Shown piece after piece: positions 9,263 through 17,297 of a DNA stretch of 38,458 nucleotides. The stretch lies in sequence record OR683401.1. The stretch is one strand, 5' to 3'. Position 1 is the first letter of the stretch, and each line of letters starts with the position of its first letter. A model generated the notes under the pieces. That model saw only the letters and a program-made list of their open reading frames with translations. It was not told the DNA's origin and ran no database searches. The position numbers and the translations under genes were made by a program. The stretch is from Pseudomonas phage Bise.

Positions 9263-9638
9263 GTCGTGGCTCCTTCATTGATAGCGTTTTCTTGAGGTCT
9301 TTCATCAGCTCGCGGATGCGCGCCAGGTTCTGTTCGCGCACTTCCGGCGAGATAGGGGGCGGTGGCAGTTGGCGCGGTGGCGCGCGGGCACCGAGGTTGT
9401 CCAGGTAGAGCTTCGGCGGCGGCCAGCGGTCGCAGATGCGGAACAGCACCAGGAAGGCCCGCTCCATGCGCTCGCGGTCGAGGTGTTCCTCCCACGCGCA
9501 GCCGTTGTTCCAGATCGCCTCCAGCCATACCTCGGCGGTGCCGACGATGGCGTCCTCCGGCGGCGTTCCAGCCAGGCGAAGGGCCAGCAGCTTCTGCAAG
9601 CCGGTGGCGATGACGACGCGGAACCAGTCAGGCACCAT
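9198..9638 (-). CDS. Hypothetical early protein (3' end overlaps the gam start by 65 nt; boundaries uncertain)
   Basis: 146 aa ORF, GC3-rich. Confidence 0.35.
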   Translation of the reverse strand: MVPDWFRVVIATGLQKLLALRLAGTPPEDAIVGTAEVWLEAIWNNGCAWEEHLDRERMERAFLVLFRICDRWPPPKLYLDNLGARAPPRQLPPPPISPEVREQNLARIRELMKDLKKTLSMKEPRHGNEEKGKGRAVGVPEQGTDD

Positions 9639-10113
9639 GCTTGAAACTCTCCAGCGCGGCGATGCCAGACAAGGTCTTGGACGAAGCCTTGGTGACGCCC
9701 AGGCGCGGCGCGCTATCGACCACCAGGTTGCTCACCGTGGGGCGGTAGTTGGCGATGACCTCGTAGAGCCAGCCGTGGCCCTTGAGGGGCGTCTTGAGCC
9801 GCCCGGCGTCGCGGGCGGCCAGCCCTTGTTCGATGGCCCACACCCAGGCTTCCTGGGGCGCTTCATAGACCTGGCCGTTGCGCGTGATGCGCCCGGCCTG
9901 GATGTCCGGCAGCACCTCGGCCAGCAGCTTGCCCACGCGCTCCATCGTCAGCTCGCGCGCCTCGGGGCGGAACAGCGCGAGGTAGCGCACCAGGGCAGCG
10001 CCGACCGTGCCGGAGAGCTTGAAGGCGGCGGCGAGGGCTTCGCGTGCGCCTTCGTGGGCGACCAGCGCGTCGAGCGAGAGCGTTGCGCCGCAGGACGGGC
10101 AGCGTGTCCTCAT
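9628..10113 (-). CDS. Hypothetical early protein with an N-terminal CPSC zinc-ribbon-like motif
   Basis: 161 aa ORF; 4-nt overlap with the upstream gene. Confidence 0.4.
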   Translation of the reverse strand: MRTRCPSCGATLSLDALVAHEGAREALAAAFKLSGTVGAALVRYLALFRPEARELTMERVGKLLAEVLPDIQAGRITRNGQVYEAPQEAWVWAIEQGLAARDAGRLKTPLKGHGWLYEVIANYRPTVSNLVVDSAPRLGVTKASSKTLSGIAALESFKHGA

Positions 10114-10460
10114 TGCACCTGCTCCTTCGCGCGCTGGACTTCCTTCCAGATCACGCGGATGCCCTGGTAGTGGATGGAGCAGAGGCGGCTCCCATCGGCC
10201 TGGGCTTCGGTGGTGCGGCCGCGCCCCAGCTCCAGCAGGGGCTGGAGCTGCTTCGTGGAGCCGGGCATGACCGTGATGGTCGGGCGGTCGGTCATGCCGG
10301 GGTGGAGCGACTCCTGCACCACGCTGTAGCCCATCGCGCGCAGCTCGCGCGCGACACGGTTGACCGCCTCCAGGCGGGAAACGAACTCCTCGGTGAACAC
10401 TCTGCTCATGACATGCTCCGTATGGGCGATGGGGCGGACGAGATGCAGGGGGGCGGCCAT
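10110..10460 (-). CDS. Hypothetical early protein
   Basis: ATG at 10458-10460 lies 2 nt after the B stop (translational coupling); the alternative start MSRVF would be at 10409. Confidence 0.35.
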   Translation of the reverse strand: MAAPLHLVRPIAHTEHVMSRVFTEEFVSRLEAVNRVARELRAMGYSVVQESLHPGMTDRPTITVMPGSTKQLQPLLELGRGRTTEAQADGSRLCSIHYQGIRVIWKEVQRAKEQVQ

Positions 10461-10461
10461 G

Positions 10462-11688
10462 TCACGCCTCCTTGACGATGTCGGCGTCAACCACCGGAGC
10501 GCCCAGGCTGGCGGCCACGTTCATGGCGGCGGTGAGCGCGTTGGCGACGGCCAGGGGATAGGCCAGGCTGACGTAGGTGGTGCCCAACTGGCCGGACTTG
10601 GTGTTGGCGGCCTTCTTGGAGAAGGTCAGGCGCTCGCGCAGCGCGGCGATGCCGTCGGGCGTGATGACCTTGGAGACGTCCAGACCGACGCGGGCCAGCT
10701 TGAACTTCAGGTAGTCGGCCAGGTAGCCGTCGAGCGGCGGCAGTTCGACGATGTCGCAACGCTGCGCGACTTCGCGGATGTCGGGGTCGTTCACCGACAG
10801 GCGCTTGCGCAGCTCGGGCTGCGCGATCATCACCACCGACAGCATGGGCGAGAGGCCGTCCTTGATCTCGGAAAACCGCTTGAGATGCTTCAGCGTTGCC
10901 TTGGGCAAGCAGTGCGCTTCTTCGATCAGCAGCAGGTGGCGCTGGCCCGCGCGGTGCCCGGCGGTGAGCAGCTTCTTGACCTGGCGGGCGCGGGCCTCCA
11001 GGTCGCGCGCGGGGGAGACGCCAGGCGCGACGGTGTCGATGATGGCCTGCACGATGGCTGCGCTCTTGAGCGTCTTGCCCTTGGCGTCGTTCTCCTCCAT
11101 GTAGAGCACCGAGGGTTCAATCACGACCAGGTCGCGGCCCTCGCGCAGCAGGCGCTCCTTGAAGTCATCGACCAGGGTGGACTTGCCGCTGCCGCTCTCG
11201 CCGACGATGGCGAGCATCCCGCCGTGCTTGGCGGTCTGCCAGAGCGTCTCGCGCACGAAGCGGATGTCCTGGTTGATGAACACGTCGCTGGCCTGCGTGA
11301 CGTCGTTCTTGAACGGGTCGGCGGTGAACTGGAAGTGCGCGCGGGCAGCAGGGGTCAGGGTTTGCTTTTGCAGGAGCATGTCGGTTTCCTTCTCGGCAGT
11401 TGATGAGGTCGCGCTGGACGTGGGCGCGGTGGTGGGGCGCTCTGCGGCGTCCTTCGGTTGTGCGGGTTGCATGGCGCGGTCGATTTGCGCGGTGTCGGCA
11501 CCGGCGCGGCGCAGCCGGTCGGTGATCTCGGCGCGCAGCTCGGCGGTGTTCTTCTTCGGCCATTTGCCGTGGTTGACCAGGTCGGCCAGGGTGCCCGGTG
11601 AAATGCCCAGGTCTCGCGCCAGGTGGGCCTGGCGGATGCCGAGCTTGTCGAGCAGCCGTTTGAGGGGCGTGGTGCGTGGAGAGGCCAT
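10462..11688 (-). CDS. MuB-like transposition ATPase (AAA+), with an N-terminal HTH
   Basis: 408 aa; Walker A GESGSGKST; immediately downstream of the transposase. Confidence 0.8.
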   Translation of the reverse strand: MASPRTTPLKRLLDKLGIRQAHLARDLGISPGTLADLVNHGKWPKKNTAELRAEITDRLRRAGADTAQIDRAMQPAQPKDAAERPTTAPTSSATSSTAEKETDMLLQKQTLTPAARAHFQFTADPFKNDVTQASDVFINQDIRFVRETLWQTAKHGGMLAIVGESGSGKSTLVDDFKERLLREGRDLVVIEPSVLYMEENDAKGKTLKSAAIVQAIIDTVAPGVSPARDLEARARQVKKLLTAGHRAGQRHLLLIEEAHCLPKATLKHLKRFSEIKDGLSPMLSVVMIAQPELRKRLSVNDPDIREVAQRCDIVELPPLDGYLADYLKFKLARVGLDVSKVITPDGIAALRERLTFSKKAANTKSGQLGTTYVSLAYPLAVANALTAAMNVAASLGAPVVDADIVKEA

Positions 11689-13517
11689 TACCGGAACCTC
11701 CGCAGCTCAACCACGCTGCCGCCGTGCGTGCCGGTAGCGGCCTGCGCGACGTTCCACTGGTCGGCCCATGCCTGCGGCACGTTGCCGTCCGGGAAGGCGG
11801 CCTTGACCTGGCTGTAGAGGTCGGCCGGGGCCGCGTCGCCGAGGCGTTCCTTGATGGCGCGCACGGCCTCGGGCACCGTGAGCATGATCTGCACCGATGC
11901 GGCCTTGCTCTGGAGCTGCTGCACCTGGGGCGTCTGCACTTCCCCGGCGTTGGGCACCAGGCGGCGAGGCAGGTCGGCCTGGCCGAGGTGGCTGTGCGCG
12001 ACCAAGCCCTTGCCATCGTTGAGGTGGCCGAAGGGGCGGGCTTGCTCGGCGCGCTTCTTCTCGGCCTCGTCCACCGTGGTGCCGTCGCCCCAGGCTGCGG
12101 CGGCCAGCGTGTTCGCCGCGCGCTCGCTGGCGGTCTGCGGGGCACGGGCGTATTCCTCGCCCGCGACCGGCGCGGACAGCGGCCGCCCGTATTCGTCGAA
12201 CCCGCGTTCCGGCTCCACCTGCATCAGCAGCGGCTCCGCGCCCATGCGGTCGATCTCGATGCGTAGCGCGCCCTGCTGCATCAGCAGCGGCGTGATGCGC
12301 ACCTTCTGGCCGTTGCCCAGGAACTCGGCCCAGGGGGTCAGGTCGTAGCTGGCCTTTCGCCCCAGCTCGGGGTGCGCGAAGGTGATGTGCAGGTTGCGCA
12401 CCACGCGGGTCAGCTCCTGGCCCGCCATGAACCACTGGCACACCTCGCGCGCGGGCATCTGCACCAGCGCGCCGGGGTGGCGCATGATGAGCTGCCAGAG
12501 GTCGTCGCGCACCATCGGCTGACCGCTGGCGCGCACCAGGCGGCAATCGACCTTCTCGATGGCGTTGGCGTTGAAGTCGCGCACCCAGCGCGCCGCCGAG
12601 GCGTTGAGCTGCTCGACGCTCTCCACTGGCTCAAAGCGCAGGCGGCTCTCGAAGTGGGTCTCCACCAGGTTGTTTCCCTGCTCGACGCCGCCCTTGCCCC
12701 AGGAATGGCCGGTGGCGTGCGTTTCGTGGTCAACGCCCAGGGCGTCGAGCAGGTTCTTGATGGCGAAGCTGGTGTTGGCGCTGCCTTTGTCCCACAGCAG
12801 CATCTTGGGCACGCCATGCGACATGCGGCCGGGCTGCTGGCCCCAGGTGTAGAGCAGGAACTCGAACAGGCTGTGCTGGTTCTCGCCAGCGGCCTCGAAG
12901 TAGCGCACGTCGATGGTGCCGCTGGCGTGGTCGTAGCGGACGTAGCGCCACACCTTGAGCCGCACCTTGTCCATGCTGGCGGGCTTGTTCTTGTAGAACT
13001 CCTCGTCGCGCATGATCGCCTGCCCTTTCGGCGTGTAATAGATGAGGCAGAGCGAGGGGTCGATCTGGTGCAGGTGGTTGGGGTGCAGGCTGCGCAGGGT
13101 GATGTGGTTGCGGGCGGCGGCCTGGGCCTTGGCGTCCATGCGGGCGGCGCGCAGCAGCGCGTTGACGCGGCCCTCGGAGACGGTCACGTCGATGCCGTTG
13201 GTGTGCGCGATGTTCATGGCCACCGCCGTAGGCAGCGTGGCCTTGCCGTTGCCACGGATGCCTTCGCGCTTGGCCGCCGCGATGAAGTGCAGCGTTTCCT
13301 TGGGCAGCGCCGTGGTGCCCGCGTCGGCGCGCTTCTTGCGGCCGGTGCGGTAGCCCGCGTAGTTGCGCAGCCAGGTATAGACGGTGGAGGGGTTCTTGCC
13401 GATGAGGCTGGCAAAGCGATGCACCAGCTCGGTCGCCGAACCATGCGGGGCCGCAGCGATGCGGTCGCGCAGGGCGAACAGCTCTTGCAGCAGGTCTGGA
13501 GCGAGTTGATGGGCCAT
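11688..13517 (-). CDS. MuA-like DDE transposase
   Basis: Likely start MAHQLAPD at 13515-13517 (ORF 11688..13817 has an implausible Pro/Ser/Arg-rich extension); about 610 aa Mu-transposase-like core. Confidence 0.8.
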   Translation of the reverse strand: MAHQLAPDLLQELFALRDRIAAAPHGSATELVHRFASLIGKNPSTVYTWLRNYAGYRTGRKKRADAGTTALPKETLHFIAAAKREGIRGNGKATLPTAVAMNIAHTNGIDVTVSEGRVNALLRAARMDAKAQAAARNHITLRSLHPNHLHQIDPSLCLIYYTPKGQAIMRDEEFYKNKPASMDKVRLKVWRYVRYDHASGTIDVRYFEAAGENQHSLFEFLLYTWGQQPGRMSHGVPKMLLWDKGSANTSFAIKNLLDALGVDHETHATGHSWGKGGVEQGNNLVETHFESRLRFEPVESVEQLNASAARWVRDFNANAIEKVDCRLVRASGQPMVRDDLWQLIMRHPGALVQMPAREVCQWFMAGQELTRVVRNLHITFAHPELGRKASYDLTPWAEFLGNGQKVRITPLLMQQGALRIEIDRMGAEPLLMQVEPERGFDEYGRPLSAPVAGEEYARAPQTASERAANTLAAAAWGDGTTVDEAEKKRAEQARPFGHLNDGKGLVAHSHLGQADLPRRLVPNAGEVQTPQVQQLQSKAASVQIMLTVPEAVRAIKERLGDAAPADLYSQVKAAFPDGNVPQAWADQWNVAQAATGTHGGSVVELRRFR

Positions 13518-13533
13518 GTCGAGTTCCTGCGCG

Positions 13534-14427
13534 TCAGGCCGCTTCTGGCGTGTATGCGCCCAGCGACTTGTCGAAGGTGGTGCGTTCCTTCTCCAGCCCG
13601 GCCTCGGCCCGCGAGAGCGCCTGCTCGTACACCTCGGCGATGTGGGCCAGCGCCGCGTCGTACTTCGGGCGTTGCTCATCCGGGACTTCCTGCGCGACCT
13701 CGAACAGCGTGATGCGGCAGGTTTCCAGCTCGCTGATGGCCTGGGCGAGCTTGCGACCGGCGGCGGCAACCTGCTCGGAGACTGGCTCCAACGCATCGGG
13801 CCAGTCCGTGTCGGCAACCACCTTCTTCTTGAGCTGCACCTGGAGGCTGGTGAGCTTCTTCTGCGTCTTGTCCAGCACGGCGTCCTTGGCTTCCAGGTCG
13901 CCTTGCAGGCTGCGGATGGCGTTCCGCAGTTCGCCCGCGCTCATGCGGTCGATGTCGTCGATGTCCTTCAGGTTCTCCAGCACGTCATCGTCGTGCGTGA
14001 CCAGCTCCAGGAAGGCGCTGGCGCTTTTCACCTGTGTGCTCAAAAGTGCCAAATTGGCAGATTTCGCCGTCTTGGCAGCAGCCTGCATGAAGCGCGCGGC
14101 CGACCTGTAGCTGAAGCCGAGGAACTCCACACGCTTCTCGAACTCGCCGTGCGGCGTCAGCTCGCGCAGCACCAGGAGCCGCTTGCCAAGCTCCAGCAGC
14201 GACTCGACAGTGCGGCGCTGGTAGAAGCGGATTTCGTCCTCCAGCGCGCCGATGGTCAACGTGCCTTCGTAGCCGATCTCGGTGGCGATGGCTTGCGCCG
14301 CAGCTTCCTGCTTGGTCTGCATGACCGCGAGCTGGTTGGCTGCGGCGACAGCGGTGGGCAAGCCCGGCAGGTCGGCGTCAGCGACGACCTCGGCGACAAC
14401 TGCGGTCTTGGTGGCGGTTCGGGCCAT
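13534..14427 (-). CDS. DUF3102-like coiled-coil early protein
   Basis: ATG at 14425-14427 preceded by AAGGAG; 297 aa, Ala/Glu/Leu-rich. Confidence 0.45.
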   Translation of the reverse strand: MARTATKTAVVAEVVADADLPGLPTAVAAANQLAVMQTKQEAAAQAIATEIGYEGTLTIGALEDEIRFYQRRTVESLLELGKRLLVLRELTPHGEFEKRVEFLGFSYRSAARFMQAAAKTAKSANLALLSTQVKSASAFLELVTHDDDVLENLKDIDDIDRMSAGELRNAIRSLQGDLEAKDAVLDKTQKKLTSLQVQLKKKVVADTDWPDALEPVSEQVAAAGRKLAQAISELETCRITLFEVAQEVPDEQRPKYDAALAHIAEVYEQALSRAEAGLEKERTTFDKSLGAYTPEAA

Positions 14428-14437
14428 GTTCTTCTCC

Positions 14438-14743
14438 TTAGTGGCTGGTGAGGCGTGACTGGATGTTCTCGATGCGCTCGCGGGCGGCGTCGAGGCTGCG
14501 AAGCACGGCCACGGCGTGGCGTGCGAACTGCACCGAGGGGCGGATGCGTCCGGTCTCCGGGATGCGTTCGGCAAAGCCCTTTTCTTCGAGCGTGGCGACG
14601 TAGCGGGTGATGGCGCTGGGGTCGAGGCCGGTGGCCTTCGACAGATCGGTGGGCGTGAGGCCGTGGGCGAAGTGGCCCAGCAGCGCGGCCAGAACGTCGA
14701 GCACCTTGGCTGCTGTCTGGCTGGTCTTGGTTGGCGTACTCAC
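14438..14743 (-). CDS. IclR-type winged-helix DNA-binding protein (stand-alone HTH)
   Basis: 101 aa; VLDVLAALLGHFAHGLTPTDLSKATGLDPSAITRYVATLEEKGFAERIPETGRIRP matches the IclR N-terminal HTH pattern. Confidence 0.45.
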   Translation of the reverse strand: MSTPTKTSQTAAKVLDVLAALLGHFAHGLTPTDLSKATGLDPSAITRYVATLEEKGFAERIPETGRIRPSVQFARHAVAVLRSLDAARERIENIQSRLTSH

Positions 14744-14786
14744 TGGTTGGGTTCTCCTGTGAAAATCATTTGCAGCGTGCGAAAAT

Positions 14787-14966
14787 TCAGGCGGCGGGTT
14801 TGAGGCCCAGCTTCACCGCGATTTCGTGGCCCTTGCCCCAGCGGGCTTTGCTCTGCCCGTTGAGAACCAGGTACACGTCGCGGCGGCTGTAGCCGTTTTC
14901 CTTTGCCCAGGCACTGAAGGTTTGGCCCTTGGCGCGGAATCGGGCCTTCACTTGTTCAGGGGTCAT
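14787..14966 (-). CDS. ner: Ner-like DNA-binding protein
   Basis: 59 aa (below the ORF-track cutoff): MTPEQVKARFRAKGQTFSAWAKENGYSRRDVYLVLNGQSKARWGKGHEIAVKLGLKPAA; Ner/Nlp-family pattern; first gene of the leftward early operon. Confidence 0.65.
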   Translation of the reverse strand: MTPEQVKARFRAKGQTFSAWAKENGYSRRDVYLVLNGQSKARWGKGHEIAVKLGLKPAA

Positions 14967-15036
14967 CGGCGGCGTCCTTGGTTACGAACTTGTTATGTAG
15001 ATTATATCTACTTTTATAGATTTGCAAGGAGGGCTT
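14967..15036. promoter_or_regulatory. Divergent c/ner switch region. AT-rich, with the perfect 13-bp palindrome TAGATTATATCTA (14998-15010) and a half-site repeat TATAGATTT (15014-15022)
   Basis: Only AT-rich stretch in the region; lies between the divergent starts of ner (14966, minus) and the repressor (15037, plus). Confidence 0.55.
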
Positions 15037-15468
15037 GTGGCCGACTTTGAAAAAATCCTGCTGCGCCTGAAAGAGCAGCTTGGTGTCTCGACAGACAAGG
15101 AAGCAGCAGAGCTGCTAGGGCTTTCCGACAAGGCGCTCAATGCCAGGAAGCGGCGCGGGGTGTTCCCCGAGGAGAAGCTGTGGGTGCTCTCGGCGAATCG
15201 CCCGGATGTAGATGCAATCTACATTTTGCGAGGCGTGAAGAAGGGCGAGGAGCACGCCACGCCAGCGGCGCAGTTGCTGCGCATGAAGGTGCTGGCCAGC
15301 CTGGTAGCCGACGAGCTGCACAAGCGCAAGGCCAGCCTGTCCGAGGTCAGCTTCCATGAGCTGCTTGACGAGCTGTGGCCGGAGTGGAGTGCTGATGCTT
15401 CGCCGGAACCAGCGGCGCTACGCGGGCGCATCGGGCACGCATTGAAGGTGCGAGGCATCAAGGGATGA
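15037..15468 (+). CDS. CI-type phage repressor (Phage_CI_repr HTH domain); probable GTG start
   Basis: Perfect SD CAAGGAGGG at 15025-15033 then GTG at 15037; ...DFEKILLRLKEQLGVSTDKEAAELLGLSDKALNARKRRGVFPEEKL... matches the CI-repressor HTH family. Confidence 0.7.
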   Translation: MADFEKILLRLKEQLGVSTDKEAAELLGLSDKALNARKRRGVFPEEKLWVLSANRPDVDAIYILRGVKKGEEHATPAAQLLRMKVLASLVADELHKRKASLSEVSFHELLDELWPEWSADASPEPAALRGRIGHALKVRGIKG

Positions 15469-15710
15469 GCGCAGAAGAACACCGCAGCCTGTTCCTCTCG
15501 CGTTGGGAGGGTATGAAGGCCGCCAAGTTGACGCATCCGTGGGCGCAGTGGGTTGCAGTCATCGACCCAAGTACCGACCCGGCCTGTCGAGCGTTGAATG
15601 GCAAGTCGTGGAAGGTGGATGATCGGGAGCTTGCCTCGACCATCAAGCAGCACCTCGACTGCTGGTATCCGAACTGCCGTTGCCGACTCAAGCCGCAGCG
15701 CAAGCCGTAG
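15465..15710 (+). CDS. Mini-protein paralogous to the C-terminal core of Mu F (HP..WVAV.D..T.P...DD....PNCRC)
   Basis: 81 aa; aligns to residues about 145-200 of the full-length F encoded at 620..1408; ATGA overlap with the repressor stop. Confidence 0.45.
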   Translation: MSAEEHRSLFLSRWEGMKAAKLTHPWAQWVAVIDPSTDPACRALNGKSWKVDDRELASTIKQHLDCWYPNCRCRLKPQRKP

Positions 15711-15731
15711 CGCATCGGGCAAGGGCGGCCC

Positions 15732-15756
15732 GGAAAAACTAAAAGCCTTTACTGTC
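15732..15756 (+). promoter_or_regulatory. Late-promoter activator site (P_I): GGAAAAACTAAAAGCCTTTACTGTC
   Basis: Copy of the conserved dyad motif; centre about 41 bp upstream of the I ATG. Confidence 0.5.
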
Positions 15757-15787
15757 TGCCGCCCATGCCGCTCGGCAAAGTGGCGGC

Positions 15788-16888
15788 ATGGACAAGACCA
15801 CCGCCCACCGCCAAGTAGCAGCACTGGCCTTCGAGATCGTTCTCGAAGGCCAAGGCGCAGCGCGCACCGCTCCTGCGCGGATGCGCGTAATTCCTGATGG
15901 GCACTTCGATGCTCTCGACGGCCGCCCCGGCAACATGGACGGGGTCAAGGCCACGACGTGGTTCCTTGACGCGACGGCCGCCGCTGCGGTTGACGCCAAC
16001 TTCAAGGCGGGCGGCGTCAAGCTCCCCATCGACTACGAACACCAGACCCTCAAGGCCGCAGAGAACGGGCAACCCGCGCCCGCTGCTGGCTGGATTACCG
16101 CGCTGGAGTATTCGCCCGGCGTGGGGATGCTCGCGCATGTGAGCTGGACGGCCGCTGGCCGCGCACACCTGGAGGGCGAGGAGTACCTCTACATCTCGCC
16201 CATCCTCATCTTCGACGCCGAGACCGGCATGGTGCTCGGCCTGCATAGCGTCGCTCTCACCAACAAGCCCGCTCTCGGCGCGCTGGGCGAGATCACTGCG
16301 CTCACCAACGATTCGCTACGCCGACTGCCCGGCTCTGGCAGGACTACCAACGAGGAACCCATCATGGAAAAAACCAAGGTGCTGGTGGCCCTGGGATTGC
16401 CCCTGGACACCGGCGACGACACCGCGCTCGCGCAGCTCTCCACGCTGGTGCAGAAAGCCCGCGACCAGGAGCAGCAGATCGCGGCGCTGAAGGCCAACCA
16501 GTTCGACCCGGCCAAGCACATCCCGCTGGATGAGCACCAGAAGCTCACCACCGAGCTGGCCGCGCTCAAGTCCACCAGCGACAAGGCCGAGCACGAACGC
16601 CTGATGACCGCCGCGCTGTCCGACGCGCGCATCCTGCCGCCCAACGAAGCCTACTGGCGCACGCAGCCGCTGGCGGCGCTGCAAGCCTTCCTCAAGGAAG
16701 CCAAGCCGCTGGCCGCGCTCAAGGGCACGCAGACCGGCGGCACCCCGCCTGCGGGCGGCGGCGACCTGGACGTGAAGGACTCCAGCGCCATCGCCCAGGC
16801 CGCGTTGAAGTACCAGCAGGAACAGGCCCAGGCCGGTGTCACCGTTTCCACGGCTGCGGCCGTGGCCCACGTCACGAAAGGAGCGTAA
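15788..16888 (+). CDS. Mu I-like prohead protease / scaffold
   Basis: 366 aa; position before the major head gene; C-terminal Ala/Gln-rich scaffold-like half. Confidence 0.7.
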   Translation: MDKTTAHRQVAALAFEIVLEGQGAARTAPARMRVIPDGHFDALDGRPGNMDGVKATTWFLDATAAAAVDANFKAGGVKLPIDYEHQTLKAAENGQPAPAAGWITALEYSPGVGMLAHVSWTAAGRAHLEGEEYLYISPILIFDAETGMVLGLHSVALTNKPALGALGEITALTNDSLRRLPGSGRTTNEEPIMEKTKVLVALGLPLDTGDDTALAQLSTLVQKARDQEQQIAALKANQFDPAKHIPLDEHQKLTTELAALKSTSDKAEHERLMTAALSDARILPPNEAYWRTQPLAALQAFLKEAKPLAALKGTQTGGTPPAGGGDLDVKDSSAIAQAALKYQQEQAQAGVTVSTAAAVAHVTKGA

Positions 16889-16891
16889 GCA

Positions 16892-17272
16892 ATGGGCAAT
16901 CCCACCCTCATCAAGAACTACACCGCCGAGGGCGACATTGCGGCCTACCGCATCGTCAAGTTCGGCGCGGCCGATGGCGGCGTGGCGCAGGCTGCGGCCA
17001 GCACCGACCTGGTCATCGGCGTGAACGCGGAGCTGCCCGTGGTTGCGGGCGAGCGCGTGGACGTGGTTCGCGCCGGTCTCGCGGACGTGGAGTTCGGCGG
17101 AACCGTGGCGCGCGGCCAGCCGGTCATGGCGGATGCTGACGGCAAAGCCGTATCTGCCGCGCCTGCGGCTGGCATCAACGCCCACATCATCGGTTTCGCC
17201 GAGGTCAGCGCGGTCGCTGGCGACATCGCCCCGGTGTTGCTCGCGCGCGGCGTGCTCCAGGGCGCTGCCTAA
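16892..17272 (+). CDS. DUF2190-like capsid decoration / cement protein
   Basis: 126 aa Gly/Ala/Val-rich; ...AAYRIVKFGAADGGVAQAAASTDLVIGV... pattern. Confidence 0.45.
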   Translation: MGNPTLIKNYTAEGDIAAYRIVKFGAADGGVAQAAASTDLVIGVNAELPVVAGERVDVVRAGLADVEFGGTVARGQPVMADADGKAVSAAPAAGINAHIIGFAEVSAVAGDIAPVLLARGVLQGAA

Positions 17273-17297
17273 CCCTCATCACACATAGGAGATTCAC

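Noticed and set aside
10360-13712. Plus-strand ORFs antisense to B and A (10360..11403, 12372..13712) and the minus-strand overlapping frame 11165..12145 / 11707..12546
   Set aside because: Same high-GC antisense / overlapping-frame artefact. The transposase and ATPase frames carry the recognisable motifs.
11688-13817. 100-aa Pro/Ser/Arg-rich N-terminal extension of the transposase ORF
   Set aside because: Low-complexity, overlaps the upstream gene, and ATG 13515-13517 with an AGGAA RBS gives a Mu-transposase-like N-terminus.
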